A stretch of DNA of 64,000 nt from Nitrospiraceae bacterium (GCA_050246315.1 JBFWWG010000003.1:32001-96000), one strand, 5' to 3'; positions 48,326 to 58,490 are shown, counted from the first letter of the stretch. Made by a program: numbers and translations. The notes: generated by a model from the sequence alone, not told the origin.

Positions 48326-50122
48326 TCACGCAGCCGAGGATTTGGACTTCTGTTGTTTCGCGGCCAGCACCAGGGCGTTACTGCAAGCCTGGCGCACGCT
48401 GCCGCCGCCTTTGGCTTGGCCGAACTCGAGCGCCTGCATGGCCGCCGGCGTCGCGAGTTTACCCAGCGCCTCGGCGGCCAACAGCGCAAGATCCTCCTTC
48501 TTCTTCCGGTTGGTCCAGGACCATTCCGTGAGTAGTTCCCGCCAATAGGGAACCGCCTCATCACCGCTGGTCTGGCGGACGGCTTGATAGATCGCCCGCT
48601 TCTCAGCCTGACTGCAGTCGGCAAACTGCTCGCCGGACAGGATCGGAGACCAGGTGGAGAAGGGAACCGTGTAGGGACCGTCGTTCAACAGCTTGAGTGC
48701 GGCCATGCGAACCGTTTCGTCGGGGTCGCCGACCGAACCGACAAATCTGATCCCGGACCCGTTGGGACGGAGGTGACCCAACAGGCGGATAACCTCCTTG
48801 CGGATCTGAGGATCGGGATACCGGACGATCTTTTCGACATGCTCGGCATGCCGGGGATTATTCCATCGATGGAGGATCGAGAGCAGGTGCCGTACGTAGC
48901 TCGGCCGCCGATCGGTCAGGCCGCGTAGGATCGGCTCGGGCGTCTCCCTTGCGAGCGTGACCAGCGCATCAACCACGACGGCTTGATGGCCGGGAAACTG
49001 AAGATTGGACAGTAATCCGCAGAGACCAGGCGTCGCAGCGGGCGGCATCTGGAGCAGAACCGACGGAAAGTCCCCTGTGTTCGCGTCCGCGGAGCGGTTC
49101 AGACAGGTTTCAATCTTCTTCAATTGCTCGGGAGAACCCAAATCCGAAAGGATTTGTGCCTTGCGCAATTGCTGTGCATCCGTCAGGTCGGGGCGGACCC
49201 CTTTCGACTCATGCAGGAAGCCGAGCACCCTCGTGACGATCGTCCAATTCCCTTGTTCCAGCAGCGACGCCATGACGCTTCCGAACACATCCAGACAGCG
49301 CGACAGCACCCGCTCCGATTGTTCCGAGACAAAGATCGCCGAGAGGACCTCGACCAGATAGGCGACACTGTCCCGACGGCTTTCCGCCAGAATCTCCGCC
49401 TGCAAGGCGACCATTTCCGCTTCTGTGTTCTCGAATCCGACCAGACCGGATTGAAATCGCGCCCGTTGCGAGGCGCCGGTGCCGCCGGCACCTGTCTGGG
49501 ATTTGGACAGCCGAGACGTTTCTTGGTCGATGATCTCGCGAAGCCGGCCGGGAGGGGCGCTCATGCTCCCCGCAACCTGCGGACTGAGGATATCGAGCGC
49601 CCCTGCCACCTTGGCGATTTCCTCCGCCGTCACAATGGTGATGGTGGCCAGATTTTTCGCCCAGAGCCTGGTCACGATATCATCGTCGTCTTCGTCTCCC
49701 TCCTGTCCGGTGCCCCCCCACAAGGCGCCCAGGAAAAACGCCAGGTCCTCCCGCGAGATCCCGGCCGTGATCACCAATTCCCGAATGCCGTCCGCATAGA
49801 GTTTGAATGCAAAATTCTCGCTGGTCCCCTCGGCTTCCGGTTGATAGACCGATTGGTCTTTGAAGTAGAGCTCGGACCGCTGGATCACGAATCCCAAAAA
49901 TTGGTGAGTCGCCAAATGGGATTCAACATCCCGGTACAACTGGTCGAAGAACTTCCGCGCGACGGGATTCGTCGGACCGTAGGTGCGATAGGATTTCGAG
50001 GTTTTATCGAGCAGTCGAAGGAGTTGTTTGACGGCCGCCACTTCGGGATCGACCGCTTCCGGCTCTTTCCCTTCGAGGAGTGAAGAGGCTCGGCTGCGGC
50101 CCTCCGATTTGGGCTGATCCAT
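48326..50122 (-). CDS. HEAT-repeat protein with an N-terminal domain related to that of the downstream HD-GYP
   Basis: C-terminal helical repeats (DRRPSYVR, YPDPQIRKEVIRLL, DPDETVRMAAL, AAEALGKL); N-terminal RTYGPTNP...LYADGIREL...GISREDL..F. Confidence 0.75.
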   Translation of the reverse strand: MDQPKSEGRSRASSLLEGKEPEAVDPEVAAVKQLLRLLDKTSKSYRTYGPTNPVARKFFDQLYRDVESHLATHQFLGFVIQRSELYFKDQSVYQPEAEGTSENFAFKLYADGIRELVITAGISREDLAFFLGALWGGTGQEGDEDDDDIVTRLWAKNLATITIVTAEEIAKVAGALDILSPQVAGSMSAPPGRLREIIDQETSRLSKSQTGAGGTGASQRARFQSGLVGFENTEAEMVALQAEILAESRRDSVAYLVEVLSAIFVSEQSERVLSRCLDVFGSVMASLLEQGNWTIVTRVLGFLHESKGVRPDLTDAQQLRKAQILSDLGSPEQLKKIETCLNRSADANTGDFPSVLLQMPPAATPGLCGLLSNLQFPGHQAVVVDALVTLARETPEPILRGLTDRRPSYVRHLLSILHRWNNPRHAEHVEKIVRYPDPQIRKEVIRLLGHLRPNGSGIRFVGSVGDPDETVRMAALKLLNDGPYTVPFSTWSPILSGEQFADCSQAEKRAIYQAVRQTSGDEAVPYWRELLTEWSWTNRKKKEDLALLAAEALGKLATPAAMQALEFGQAKGGGSVRQACSNALVLAAKQQKSKSSAA

Positions 50123-50319
50123 AAGCTAGTGGTACCGTGGACCCTCCGGTTCGTCAAGACATTCCACGCTCTGCGCGGGTGGGGAGTTGCCACACATTGA
50201 CCGCATCGGGGCCAGACGGAGGGATTCCACCGGTTGTCCCTTCCGACCAGGCCACGTACAATGCGCCGAGTTCCGGCGTTTCTGCATTCGAGACCGACCA
50301 CAATCCCGACCCAGCTCCA

Positions 50320-50982
50320 ATGACGCCGCCACCGCCACTCATCATCTGTTTCGGCGACAGCCTGACGGCGGGCTTCCAAACCCCCACGCCCCAACACCCC
50401 ACGGGATGCGAAACGCCCTATGGAGACCTGCTCCAAGCACGGCTGGGAGATCGAGCCAGAGTCCGGGTCAGCGGCATCTGCGGTGAATTGACGGGCGAGA
50501 TGGTCCTACGCTTCCGGCAGGACGTGCTGGCGCACCATCCGGCCCATGTCATCATCCTCGGTGGCACGAACGATCTCGGTTGGAATGCGCATCCGCAGGA
50601 GATCATGCGCAACTTGGTCAAAATGTACGAACAAGCCTTGGCCGGCGGCGCCACACCGGTCCCAGTGACGATTCCGTCCATTCGGGTGGAGGACGTCGGC
50701 GGCTCGCCCGAGGCCGCAGATTGGGTCCAGGGCCACGTGTCCCGGCGACGTCAGATCAACGGCTTGATCATAGACTATGCCTCACGCAAAGGCCTGCCCC
50801 TGATCGACCTCTTCACGGCCACCGCCGATCCCGCGACCCAACAACTGGCGGAGGTCTTCTCCAACGACGGGCTGCATCTGACGACCGCCGGCTACCGGCT
50901 CCTGGCCAACCTGGTCTATGACCAGGTGTCTGCCGACACTCGGTTGCGCGGCGGGGATTCTCCGCCTGAGGTTGAGGCATGA
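50320..50982 (+). CDS. SGNH/GDSL esterase
   Basis: ICFGDSLTAG, SGICGE, LGGTND, DGLHL; start moved to ATG 50320. Confidence 0.88.
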   Translation: MTPPPPLIICFGDSLTAGFQTPTPQHPTGCETPYGDLLQARLGDRARVRVSGICGELTGEMVLRFRQDVLAHHPAHVIILGGTNDLGWNAHPQEIMRNLVKMYEQALAGGATPVPVTIPSIRVEDVGGSPEAADWVQGHVSRRRQINGLIIDYASRKGLPLIDLFTATADPATQQLAEVFSNDGLHLTTAGYRLLANLVYDQVSADTRLRGGDSPPEVEA

Positions 50983-51299
50983 TTGCAGATGTGACCGATT
51001 GGGATTTCGATCGAATCGTCGGCGCCTCGACGATCCCGGTGTTGGTGGAATTCTGGCAGCCCGGCTGCGGGCACTGCCGGGCCTTGCTTGCGGAATTGGA
51101 AAGGCTTCAGCCGGAATTGGAAGGGCACATCACGATCCTCAAGATGAACGTGCGCGACAACCACCAGATTCCGGCCGAACTGGAGATCACCGGCTTGCCG
51201 GTGCTCGCGCTGTACGAGCAGGGGGAATTTCAGCGCTTTATCGGAGGGCTGGGGAGGAAAGAGGACATCAAGAAGCAGTTGTCGCTGGGCGCCGGCTAA
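50979..51299 (+). CDS. Thioredoxin
   Basis: PVLVEFWQPGCGHC (CxxC), cis-Pro region GLP, 106 aa; ATGA overlap. Confidence 0.9.
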   Translation: MIADVTDWDFDRIVGASTIPVLVEFWQPGCGHCRALLAELERLQPELEGHITILKMNVRDNHQIPAELEITGLPVLALYEQGEFQRFIGGLGRKEDIKKQLSLGAG

Positions 51300-52840
51300 A
51301 GGATGCGCCAACTCCGACCTTCCTTCTGAATCATCCGGTCCGCTTCGACCGGTCCCCAGGTCCCGGCCGGATATTCCGGCAGCCACCGGAGCCCCTGTTG
51401 GCTCCAGCCCTCCAGAATGTCCGTGATCCAGCCCCAAGAAGCCTCGACCGCGTCCCGCCGCATGAAGCGCGATGCATCGCCCGCCATGACATCCAGCAAC
51501 AGCCTCTCGTAGGCCTCGGGGGAGGGTTTACCGAACACGTCGGCATACTTGAAGCTCATCTCGACCGGATGGGTTTCGGTCCTCGTGCCGGGCACCCGCG
51601 AGACGATGCGCAGTGACAGTCCCTCCTCCGGCTGAATACGGAGCGCCAGCACGTTCGGCGGCTGAGGGTTCTCGGGACTGGCATTGAACAGGATCTGAGG
51701 GATGTCTTTGAACTGCACGGCCACTTCGCTGGCCCGTTTCGGGAGCGCCTTGCCGGTGCGCAGATAGAAGGGCACCCGGGACCAGCGCCAGTTTTCCACG
51801 AAACACTTCACGGCCACATAGGTCTCGGTCGTCGAACCGGGGTTCACCCCAGCCTCGCGGCGATAGCCGGGCACCTGCTCGTTGTGCCCTCGGCCTTCCG
51901 CATATTGCGCCCGAACGGTGAAGGACTCGACATCCTTCCCGCGGATCGGCCTGAGGCAGCGCAGCACCTCCATCTTGGCGTTGCGCACCACGTCGGGGTC
52001 CAGCGAGTAGGGGGGTTCCATGGCCACCAAACAGAGGAGTTGCAGCAGATGGTTCTGGATCATGTCGCGCAACGCGCCCGCTTCCTCGTAGTAGGTCGCC
52101 CTCGTGCCCACGCCTTCCGTCTCGCTCACCGTGATTTGCACGTGATCGATATACTTGTGGTTCCAGACCGGCTCGAACAGACTGTTTCCGAACCGAACGA
52201 CCATGAGATTCTGAACGGTCTCCTTTCCGAGATAGTGATCGATGCGAAATATCTGCGACTCGTCGAACACTCGTCCCGTCACCGCATTGATCTGTTTGGC
52301 CGACTGGAGATCGCGGCCCACGGGCTTCTCCACGATGATACGCGCATAGGGCGCGGTCGGGCCGGGGCGCACAGCGAGTCCGGACTGTTCCAGCCCTTCA
52401 CAGACGGTGGTGAAAGAACTGGGAGGAATGCTGAGGTAGAAGATGCGGTGGCCGGGGAGCCCGAGCCGCCGTTCGATCTCCTCCGCCCGCCGTTTGATCT
52501 GTTGGAACGTGACGGGATCGTCCGTATCGCCCGATTGATAGAAGAGATGACCGGCAAAGTCCCGCCACTTCTCGTCAATCAGAGCCTGACGGGAGAAACG
52601 CGCAATCCCTTCGCGCGCCACTTCTCGAAATTCCTCATCGGTCATCTGCTTCCGCCCCAACCCCAGAACGGCGTACGTCGCGGGGAGCAATCCATCCAGC
52701 ATGAGATTGTAGATGGCGGGGATTAGTCTCCGCCGGGCGAGGTCGCCCGAGCCGCCGAAGATCACCATCGTACAGGGCTCGACCGGGGACAATTCATTGG
52801 TTACGGCCTCGATATGAACACGTTCGGCATCAGAGGACAT
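51296..52840 (-). CDS. zwf: Glucose-6-phosphate 1-dehydrogenase
   Basis: IFGGSGDLA, IVEKP, RIDHYLGKETVQN, GALRDMIQNHL, PFYLRTGK, AYERLL. Confidence 0.98.
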   Translation of the reverse strand: MSSDAERVHIEAVTNELSPVEPCTMVIFGGSGDLARRRLIPAIYNLMLDGLLPATYAVLGLGRKQMTDEEFREVAREGIARFSRQALIDEKWRDFAGHLFYQSGDTDDPVTFQQIKRRAEEIERRLGLPGHRIFYLSIPPSSFTTVCEGLEQSGLAVRPGPTAPYARIIVEKPVGRDLQSAKQINAVTGRVFDESQIFRIDHYLGKETVQNLMVVRFGNSLFEPVWNHKYIDHVQITVSETEGVGTRATYYEEAGALRDMIQNHLLQLLCLVAMEPPYSLDPDVVRNAKMEVLRCLRPIRGKDVESFTVRAQYAEGRGHNEQVPGYRREAGVNPGSTTETYVAVKCFVENWRWSRVPFYLRTGKALPKRASEVAVQFKDIPQILFNASPENPQPPNVLALRIQPEEGLSLRIVSRVPGTRTETHPVEMSFKYADVFGKPSPEAYERLLLDVMAGDASRFMRRDAVEASWGWITDILEGWSQQGLRWLPEYPAGTWGPVEADRMIQKEGRSWRIL

Positions 52841-52867
52841 GGGACTTGGCTCCTGGAGGAAAGGGGA

Positions 52868-53761
52868 TTAACGGCGGACGGCATGTCCCCCGAACGCGTT
52901 GCGCAGCGCCGCGAGCATTTTTTCTGCGAAGGACTGTTCCTGACGGGATCGGAATCGGGTATACAGCGCCATGGTCAAGGTCGGCACCGGCACATCCTTG
53001 TCGATCGCCTCCTGAATCATCCATCGCCCCTCTCCCGAATCCTGGACGAAGCCCTTGAGTTTATCGAGCTTGGGATCGTCCTTCAGCGCGGTCGCAGCCA
53101 GTTCCAATAGCCAAGACCGTACCACGCTTCCCTGCATCCAAAGATCGGCGATGCGGCCTAAGTCCAGTTCGTACCCACTCTTGGCCATCAACTCAAAACC
53201 TTCCGCATAGCCCTGCATCATGCTGTATTCAATGCCGTTATGCACCATCTTCACATAGTGCCCCGCGCCGGGCCCGCCCACATGCGCCCAACCGTTCGGC
53301 GGCGCCAAGGTGGTGAGCACCGGTGCCAGTCGCTCGACCGCGGCCCGGTCCCCGCCGACCATCAGGCAATAGCCGTTGGCAAGACCCCAAACGCCGCCGC
53401 TGGTTCCGGCATCAATATAATGCAAACTCTTAGCTTTCAGTAAAGCATGGCGCCGCACATCGTCGTGAAAGTTGGTGTTCCCGCCGTCCACGATCGTGTC
53501 GCCCGCGGCCAGCAAGCTGGCCGTCTGTTGAATCGTCTCCTCCGTGGGAGGACCGGAGGGCACCATGATCCAGACCGTCCGCGGAGCCGCCAGCTTCGAC
53601 GCGAGATCGGCAAGGGACGTCGCGCCGACACAGCCCTGTTGCTCGGCCTGTTTGATCAAATCCGTTGCGCGGTCGTACACCACCACGCGATGCTGGTCCC
53701 GGCGCAACCGCCGGACCATGTTCATGCCCATTTTCCCGAGCCCGATGAATCCGATCTCCAT
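52868..53761 (-). CDS. gnd: 6-phosphogluconate dehydrogenase (decarboxylating, short type)
   Basis: IGLGKMG, DGGN, DAGTSGGVWG, KMVHNGIEY, DSGEGRW, LRNAFGGH; start ATG 53761. Confidence 0.96.
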   Translation of the reverse strand: MEIGFIGLGKMGMNMVRRLRRDQHRVVVYDRATDLIKQAEQQGCVGATSLADLASKLAAPRTVWIMVPSGPPTEETIQQTASLLAAGDTIVDGGNTNFHDDVRRHALLKAKSLHYIDAGTSGGVWGLANGYCLMVGGDRAAVERLAPVLTTLAPPNGWAHVGGPGAGHYVKMVHNGIEYSMMQGYAEGFELMAKSGYELDLGRIADLWMQGSVVRSWLLELAATALKDDPKLDKLKGFVQDSGEGRWMIQEAIDKDVPVPTLTMALYTRFRSRQEQSFAEKMLAALRNAFGGHAVRR

Positions 53762-53802
53762 AAATGACTCTCCTCTCGCTTGACTCAGACAAGAAACCAG
53801 AA

Positions 53803-53919
53803 CGTCAATCGACGGACGCGACACGTCAAGGGGTAATCGTCAACCGTCAACCGATCGATTTCTCGGTGCGATGCTCGATCTGGGCCGTCGTTGGACGATT
53901 GACGCTTGACGGATGACGA
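53803..53919. repeat. Inverted heptamer array (CGTCAAN units followed by TTGACG units)
   Basis: CGTCAA at 53803, 53824, 53838 and 53845 opposed by GACGATTGACGCTTGACGGATGACG; lies just 3' of the nucleotidyltransferase stop. Confidence 0.65.
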
Positions 53920-53927
53920 CAACGTGC

Positions 53928-54737
53928 CTAGTCGATGCGGGCCGGCAGCGGCACATCCTTAAACAGTAGATCCGCCAGTTGCCTCCCGAGATTGAGCTTT
54001 CCCGCCACCGTCGGCTCCACTTGGAAGCGCTCGACGAGCCCGCCGATCGCCGGGTCGCGGGAGGACAGGAACCGAATCAGGTCGGCAGGCGCCGTCGGCC
54101 AGAACCCCCGCAAACGGAAAAAAGCCTCCAGGTAGCGGTCGCCGAACAAGGCGAGGAGGTACAGGGCGGTCGCGGGCTTGCGCTGCAAATCCTCGGCTTT
54201 ACCTAAGAGGTGCAGGCACTCGGTCTTCAAACGGATCTGCTCGAAGAGGGCCACGCGCCCCGGGCCCTGCCGGAACCGTTCGGCGGCACGCTCGACCAGT
54301 TGTCCACCGACCCCGTCGTGTTCAAACAGGACTCGGGCCTTGCGCAACAGCGAGGCCAGACGCGGCGAATGATCGATCTCCTCCTCCACCAACTGCTGCC
54401 CCCGATACCGGATATCGACGATACGATCCGCGACCCGGATCAATTCATCCCGATCGGCCTCACCCTTGACGACCGCAATCAAGTCCAGATCGCTGTGGGG
54501 TGTCAACATGCGACGCGCGGCCGATCCGGTCAACAGCACGGCGATCAGGTCGCCGCCACGCTTGCCCTTCACATGCCGCAGGGCATGGGACAGGATTTCG
54601 TCGAACCCCGGCGGTTCGACACCTTCAGGCGGGTCCGGCAAATCCGGCACCGCCAGAAGCTCGGCGTTCAACTCCTGCCGGGTCGGGGCCGCGATTTCCT
54701 CGCTCCCGGATACCGCCTGTTTCACATCCTCATGCAT
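53928..54737 (-). CDS. Pol-beta-superfamily nucleotidyltransferase with a C-terminal helical domain (KNTase-like architecture)
   Basis: LLTGSAAR...HSDLDL (GS...DxD), VDI third Asp, VLFEHDG linker, then helical bundle; start moved to ATG 54737. Confidence 0.8.
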   Translation of the reverse strand: MHEDVKQAVSGSEEIAAPTRQELNAELLAVPDLPDPPEGVEPPGFDEILSHALRHVKGKRGGDLIAVLLTGSAARRMLTPHSDLDLIAVVKGEADRDELIRVADRIVDIRYRGQQLVEEEIDHSPRLASLLRKARVLFEHDGVGGQLVERAAERFRQGPGRVALFEQIRLKTECLHLLGKAEDLQRKPATALYLLALFGDRYLEAFFRLRGFWPTAPADLIRFLSSRDPAIGGLVERFQVEPTVAGKLNLGRQLADLLFKDVPLPARID

Positions 54738-54757
54738 AGTTTGAGTGGACTCACCGG

Positions 54758-54985
54758 TCAGGCGCCGGTCGCTCCTTGAATCTGAGAGGGAAGATCGGCC
54801 AACCACTGCTCAAACGGTCGGTCGGCGTCCACGATGATCTCCAATTTTCCAGAGGTCAGTTTTCTCACCAGACCGGGACTCTCGGCGGACAGAGGAATCT
54901 CGATCCACTCGCGATCCAACCCGAGGTGATCCGTCAGTTCAAGAATCCGGCTGATCTGCTGGAACGAAACGGTCTCGAACGGCAT
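54758..54985 (-). CDS. 75-aa acidic hypothetical protein
   Basis: GGAGG RBS, own promoter, 20 nt upstream of the nucleotidyltransferase start. Confidence 0.75.
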   Translation of the reverse strand: MPFETVSFQQISRILELTDHLGLDREWIEIPLSAESPGLVRKLTSGKLEIIVDADRPFEQWLADLPSQIQGATGA

Positions 54986-55009
54986 CCGGCCTCCGTAGTT
55001 TCTCTCGGC

Positions 55010-55039
55010 ATTCTAAAGATGGGATCGAAAGTGTGTCAA
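55010..55039 (-). promoter_or_regulatory. Sigma-70 promoter of the 75-aa/nucleotidyltransferase operon
   Basis: TTGACA-N18-TAGAAT. Confidence 0.7.
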
Positions 55040-55071
55040 CGAACGCACCGCGAAACAAACGCTGGGATGAT

Positions 55072-55170
55072 CGTCACGCGTCATTCGTCAAGCCTCAAAC
55101 GAAGAACGAGAGAACGAGTCGTGCGGAGGCTCGCCAGTTCTCCTCGATTGACGATTCACGATTGACGCTT
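55072..55170. repeat. Inverted heptamer array
   Basis: CGTCACG-CGTCATT-CGTCAAG ... CGATTGA-CGATTCA-CGATTGA-CG immediately 3' of the ltaE stop. Confidence 0.65.
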
Positions 55171-55171
55171 C

Positions 55172-56209
55172 TTATGACGCGAGCACCGTCGCGAACACCT
55201 CCGCGGCTCGGTCGATGTCGTCGGCCGATACATCGAGATGGGTCACGGCGCGATACGTGGTCGGCCCCACGGCATTGATCAGCACGCCGCGCTCTCTCAA
55301 CGCCGCCAGGACCTCGCTGGCTGCCCGAGACTGTTGCGGGATCTCGAACAGGACGATGTTGGTCTCGATGCGCCCCAAATCCACCTTGACGGCCGGCAAC
55401 AACCGGAGCGCGCGGGCGAGCCGCTTGGCGTTGTCGTGATCCTCCTTGAGGCGGACGAGATGGTGGTCCAGCGCATAGAGGCCGGCTGCGGCCAACACAC
55501 CCGCCTGTCGCATGGCGCCGCCGTACATGCGCCGGTAGCGCCTCAGCCGCACATGCAACTCTTCATGATTGGTGACGACCAGCGATCCGGCCGGTGCACC
55601 AAGACCTTTGGAAAGACAAAACGACACGGTGTCGAAGTACTGGGCATAGGCGGCCGCGTAAATCCCGGTCGCCGCCACTGCGTTAAAGAGCCGGGCCCCG
55701 TCGAGGTGCAGGGGAATACCTTGCGCACGGGCTAGGGCATGAATCCGCTCGATGGTCGTCAGCGAATAGATCGAGCCGCCACCCGCGTTATGCGTGTTCT
55801 CCAGGCAGATCAATCCGGTCGGCAACGTATGGGGGTCCTTCGGCCTGATGGCCGCCTGAACCTGCTCCGGCGCCAGCAAGCCGCGCTCGGTCGGAATCGT
55901 GAACAACTGCACGCCGGAGAGGGCGGCAGCGGCGCCTTGTTCGTATCGGACGATGTGGGATCGACTGTCGAGGATCACCTCATCTCCCGGCTTGGTCAGG
56001 ACGCGCACGCTCAACTGGTTCGCCATCGTCCCGGAGGGGACGAAGAGCGCGAAGGATTTTCCCAGCAGCGTCGCCGCCTTTTCTTGCAGCGTATTGACGG
56101 TCGGATCTTCCCCATACACGTCGTCGCCCACCTGGGCCTGCGCCATCGCCTCCCGCATGGCGGCCGTCGGTTTCGTCACCGTATCGCTGCGGAGGTCGAT
56201 GGTCGTCAC
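55172..56209 (-). CDS. ltaE: Low-specificity L-threonine aldolase
   Basis: [63 protein letters not shown]. Confidence 0.96.
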   Translation of the reverse strand: MTTIDLRSDTVTKPTAAMREAMAQAQVGDDVYGEDPTVNTLQEKAATLLGKSFALFVPSGTMANQLSVRVLTKPGDEVILDSRSHIVRYEQGAAAALSGVQLFTIPTERGLLAPEQVQAAIRPKDPHTLPTGLICLENTHNAGGGSIYSLTTIERIHALARAQGIPLHLDGARLFNAVAATGIYAAAYAQYFDTVSFCLSKGLGAPAGSLVVTNHEELHVRLRRYRRMYGGAMRQAGVLAAAGLYALDHHLVRLKEDHDNAKRLARALRLLPAVKVDLGRIETNIVLFEIPQQSRAASEVLAALRERGVLINAVGPTTYRAVTHLDVSADDIDRAAEVFATVLAS

Positions 56210-57447
56210 GACGGCCTGTCCTGGCCAAGCTGCGACCGGTCCTGAAATCGGTAGGCCTGACGATTCACCACGGGGAAGATCGTGAAGATCGGCGTGTTGT
56301 AGGGAATCACGGCGGACTCCACGCCGGGTAGCAGTCCCAGATGGAGATTCACGAAGTTGTAGCTCAACCCGTCCTGCCAGGGCTCTCGAAACGACTGGGC
56401 GTAGGATTCCACCTTATCGGAGGCATAGGTGCGCGTCATCAGGCCTGCCGCGCCCTGGATTCCGTACTCGGTCAGATCCGGCGCGCCTTGGATCAAGAGC
56501 GACACTACCGAGGCGTCGAACCAAACCTTGAACTTGCAACTCACTTGGATGAACGGTCCCAGCGAGCCGACATGATCGAGCACGCTGATCGGGTAGGCGA
56601 GCTCCGCCGGCACATCGGGCGGGGAGTCGTTCGGCACAAAACGAAACTCCGGTTCTTTGATGCCGGAGACGGAGACGAACCGGAGATTCGGATCATCCAA
56701 GGCCACATCCAACATCTGCCCATCGTGATAACTACAGAGCTTCCCCATTTCGTACCGGAGCGGGTAGGAGTAGCCGAGCTTCGCGTAAAAGATCCGTACA
56801 CCGCCGTCCAACGGCTCGTCCGGCGTCCGGCTGATCTTCAGGTCGAAGGGGAGCAGCAAGTGAAAGGCGTTGGTGCGCGCGCTCATGAACGGCGCGCAGG
56901 CACCGGGGAATTCCTTCTGGATGGCCGGATTGTCGGGATCGAACTTCTTGGGGGATCCGCCGAAGTGCTGCGCGGTCTTGGCCTCCTGCGGCATCCGATA
57001 CTTGGCCTGATAGTAGGCCGCAGCGCGTTTCTGGGCCAGGTCGAGGTAATACTCCGGCGCATCGGTCTCGACGATCAACACCTGCTGCTTCAAATCATGC
57101 GCGCGGGGGACGCGCATCGCTTGCGTATAGATGTCGATCTCGGCGGCCGTCCGTTGGATGTCCTGCGTCAACTGCCGGGCTAGTCCAGGCTCCCAGAACC
57201 GTGTCTTGGGAAGCAGGTCGCCGGCCTTTTGCAGACATTCGAGCTTGTGCGCGTAGCGCTTCGGCTCCGCCGCAAAGGCATCGGCCGTGGCCATATAGAG
57301 ATTGAACAGCTCCTCCGGCAGCAGACCCAGCCGCCCGAGGTCCTGCTCCCGCACAAAGGCGAGCGCCAACGGCCCGAAGGCCTCCTCCCGGCGGATGCAG
57401 AGGGTCATCAGGTAGTTGTAATGGGCGCGCGCGTCTTCCGGCGTCAT
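56206..57447 (-). CDS. Hypothetical protein: helical N-terminus plus possible DUF6065/dUTPase-like beta domain
   Basis: 413-aa ORF, GAGG RBS, GTGA overlap with ltaE; CAPFMSA...FHLLLPFDL and [13 protein letters not shown] motifs. Confidence 0.75.
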   Translation of the reverse strand: MTPEDARAHYNYLMTLCIRREEAFGPLALAFVREQDLGRLGLLPEELFNLYMATADAFAAEPKRYAHKLECLQKAGDLLPKTRFWEPGLARQLTQDIQRTAAEIDIYTQAMRVPRAHDLKQQVLIVETDAPEYYLDLAQKRAAAYYQAKYRMPQEAKTAQHFGGSPKKFDPDNPAIQKEFPGACAPFMSARTNAFHLLLPFDLKISRTPDEPLDGGVRIFYAKLGYSYPLRYEMGKLCSYHDGQMLDVALDDPNLRFVSVSGIKEPEFRFVPNDSPPDVPAELAYPISVLDHVGSLGPFIQVSCKFKVWFDASVVSLLIQGAPDLTEYGIQGAAGLMTRTYASDKVESYAQSFREPWQDGLSYNFVNLHLGLLPGVESAVIPYNTPIFTIFPVVNRQAYRFQDRSQLGQDRPS

Positions 57448-57471
57448 CGACTGAGGTGCTCCAGTTGAGGC

Positions 57472-57501
57472 ATTCTAAGAGAACCCTGCGGACGTGGACA
57501 A
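57472..57501 (-). promoter_or_regulatory. Probable sigma-70 promoter of the hypothetical-ltaE operon
   Basis: TTGTCC-N18-TAGAAT. Confidence 0.55.
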
Positions 57502-57518
57502 GCCCTTCATTCCCGAAA

Positions 57519-57628
57519 CCGCACCCTTTATTCATGAACGCTTCTGCCGCTTGGGCCCATCGCAGCAGAAGCGCAATGGGCCCAAGCACCTCGTGAACCG
57601 TTACGAACCGTCACGACTACGGTGGGCT
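57519..57628. mobile_element. Internally deleted MITE, family A
   Basis: TTATTCATGAACGCTTCT is the exact reverse complement of an 18-mer near the right end of the 15515 element; the other end CGTTACGAACCGTCACGA..GGGCT matches its left end; internal hairpin GCTTGGGCCCAT/ATGGGCCCAAGC. Confidence 0.6.
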
Positions 57629-57664
57629 CAGACGTAAGACGTGGAGGTAATCAGAGGTGAGCCG

Positions 57665-58477
57665 TCAGGAAGCGGTCGGGGTACCGGACAACATCCGGAC
57701 CTCCCGTTGCGGGAAGGGGATGTCGATCTCGGCGGCGCGAAACCGTTCGATGATCGCCTGGTTGAGTTCGGCTTGCACCGCGCCGACCTGCGGGACGGGG
57801 ACCCAAGGCTTGACTGCGATCGTAACGGACGAGTCGCCGAAGCCGGCAATGCCGATGATCGGGGCCGGATCTTTCAGCACATGCGGATGTCGCACCGTCA
57901 GCTCCCGCACAACATCGAGCGCCTTGGCCATATCCGTCTTGTAGGAGACGCCGACCGAGAGATCCAGTTGGCGGATCGTCCCGAAGTTGTGGAGGATCTC
58001 TCCCACGATCTTGCGGTTGGGGATAACGACACGGGACCGATCTGGATGAACCAGAATGGTCGAAAAGATACTGATCGTCACGACGTCCCCGTGCACACCC
58101 AGCAACGAGATATGTTCGCCGACGCGATAGGGTTTCGTAAAGATGATCGAGAGCCCGGCAACGACATTGCTCAGCACACCCTGGAGTGCAATGCCGATCC
58201 CCAAACCGGCCACGCCGAGACCGGCGAGCAGCGGCGCAATTTGCACTCCGAGTTGGTCCAGGACGGCCAAAATGGCCAGCATGAATACGAGCCCCTGGAC
58301 CACCTGAGACAACAGCCGGCGAACGGGCGGCTCCAGATCCTGACGCTCAAGGGACTTCAGCGTGAAGTTTCCGACCCGTCGCGCCACCATGGCCCCCACG
58401 ACAAGAATCGCCAAGGCTCCCAGCACGCGAAACCCGTACCGCACCAAATAATCTTGAATCAGATCCATGGTCTGCAT
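57665..58477 (-). CDS. mscS: Small-conductance mechanosensitive channel
   Basis: LAGLGVAGLGIGIALQGVLSNVVAG, KPYRVGE, VIPNRKI, VGVSY, FGDSSV, IDIPFPQREV; GGAGG RBS before ATG 58477. Confidence 0.93.
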   Translation of the reverse strand: MQTMDLIQDYLVRYGFRVLGALAILVVGAMVARRVGNFTLKSLERQDLEPPVRRLLSQVVQGLVFMLAILAVLDQLGVQIAPLLAGLGVAGLGIGIALQGVLSNVVAGLSIIFTKPYRVGEHISLLGVHGDVVTISIFSTILVHPDRSRVVIPNRKIVGEILHNFGTIRQLDLSVGVSYKTDMAKALDVVRELTVRHPHVLKDPAPIIGIAGFGDSSVTIAVKPWVPVPQVGAVQAELNQAIIERFRAAEIDIPFPQREVRMLSGTPTAS

Positions 58478-58490
58478 GAATGCGCCTCCA

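Noticed and set aside
51296..51299. Convergent 4-bp stop overlap of thioredoxin and zwf as redox co-regulation
   Set aside because: Convergent overlaps are common and nothing in the sequence links the two functions.
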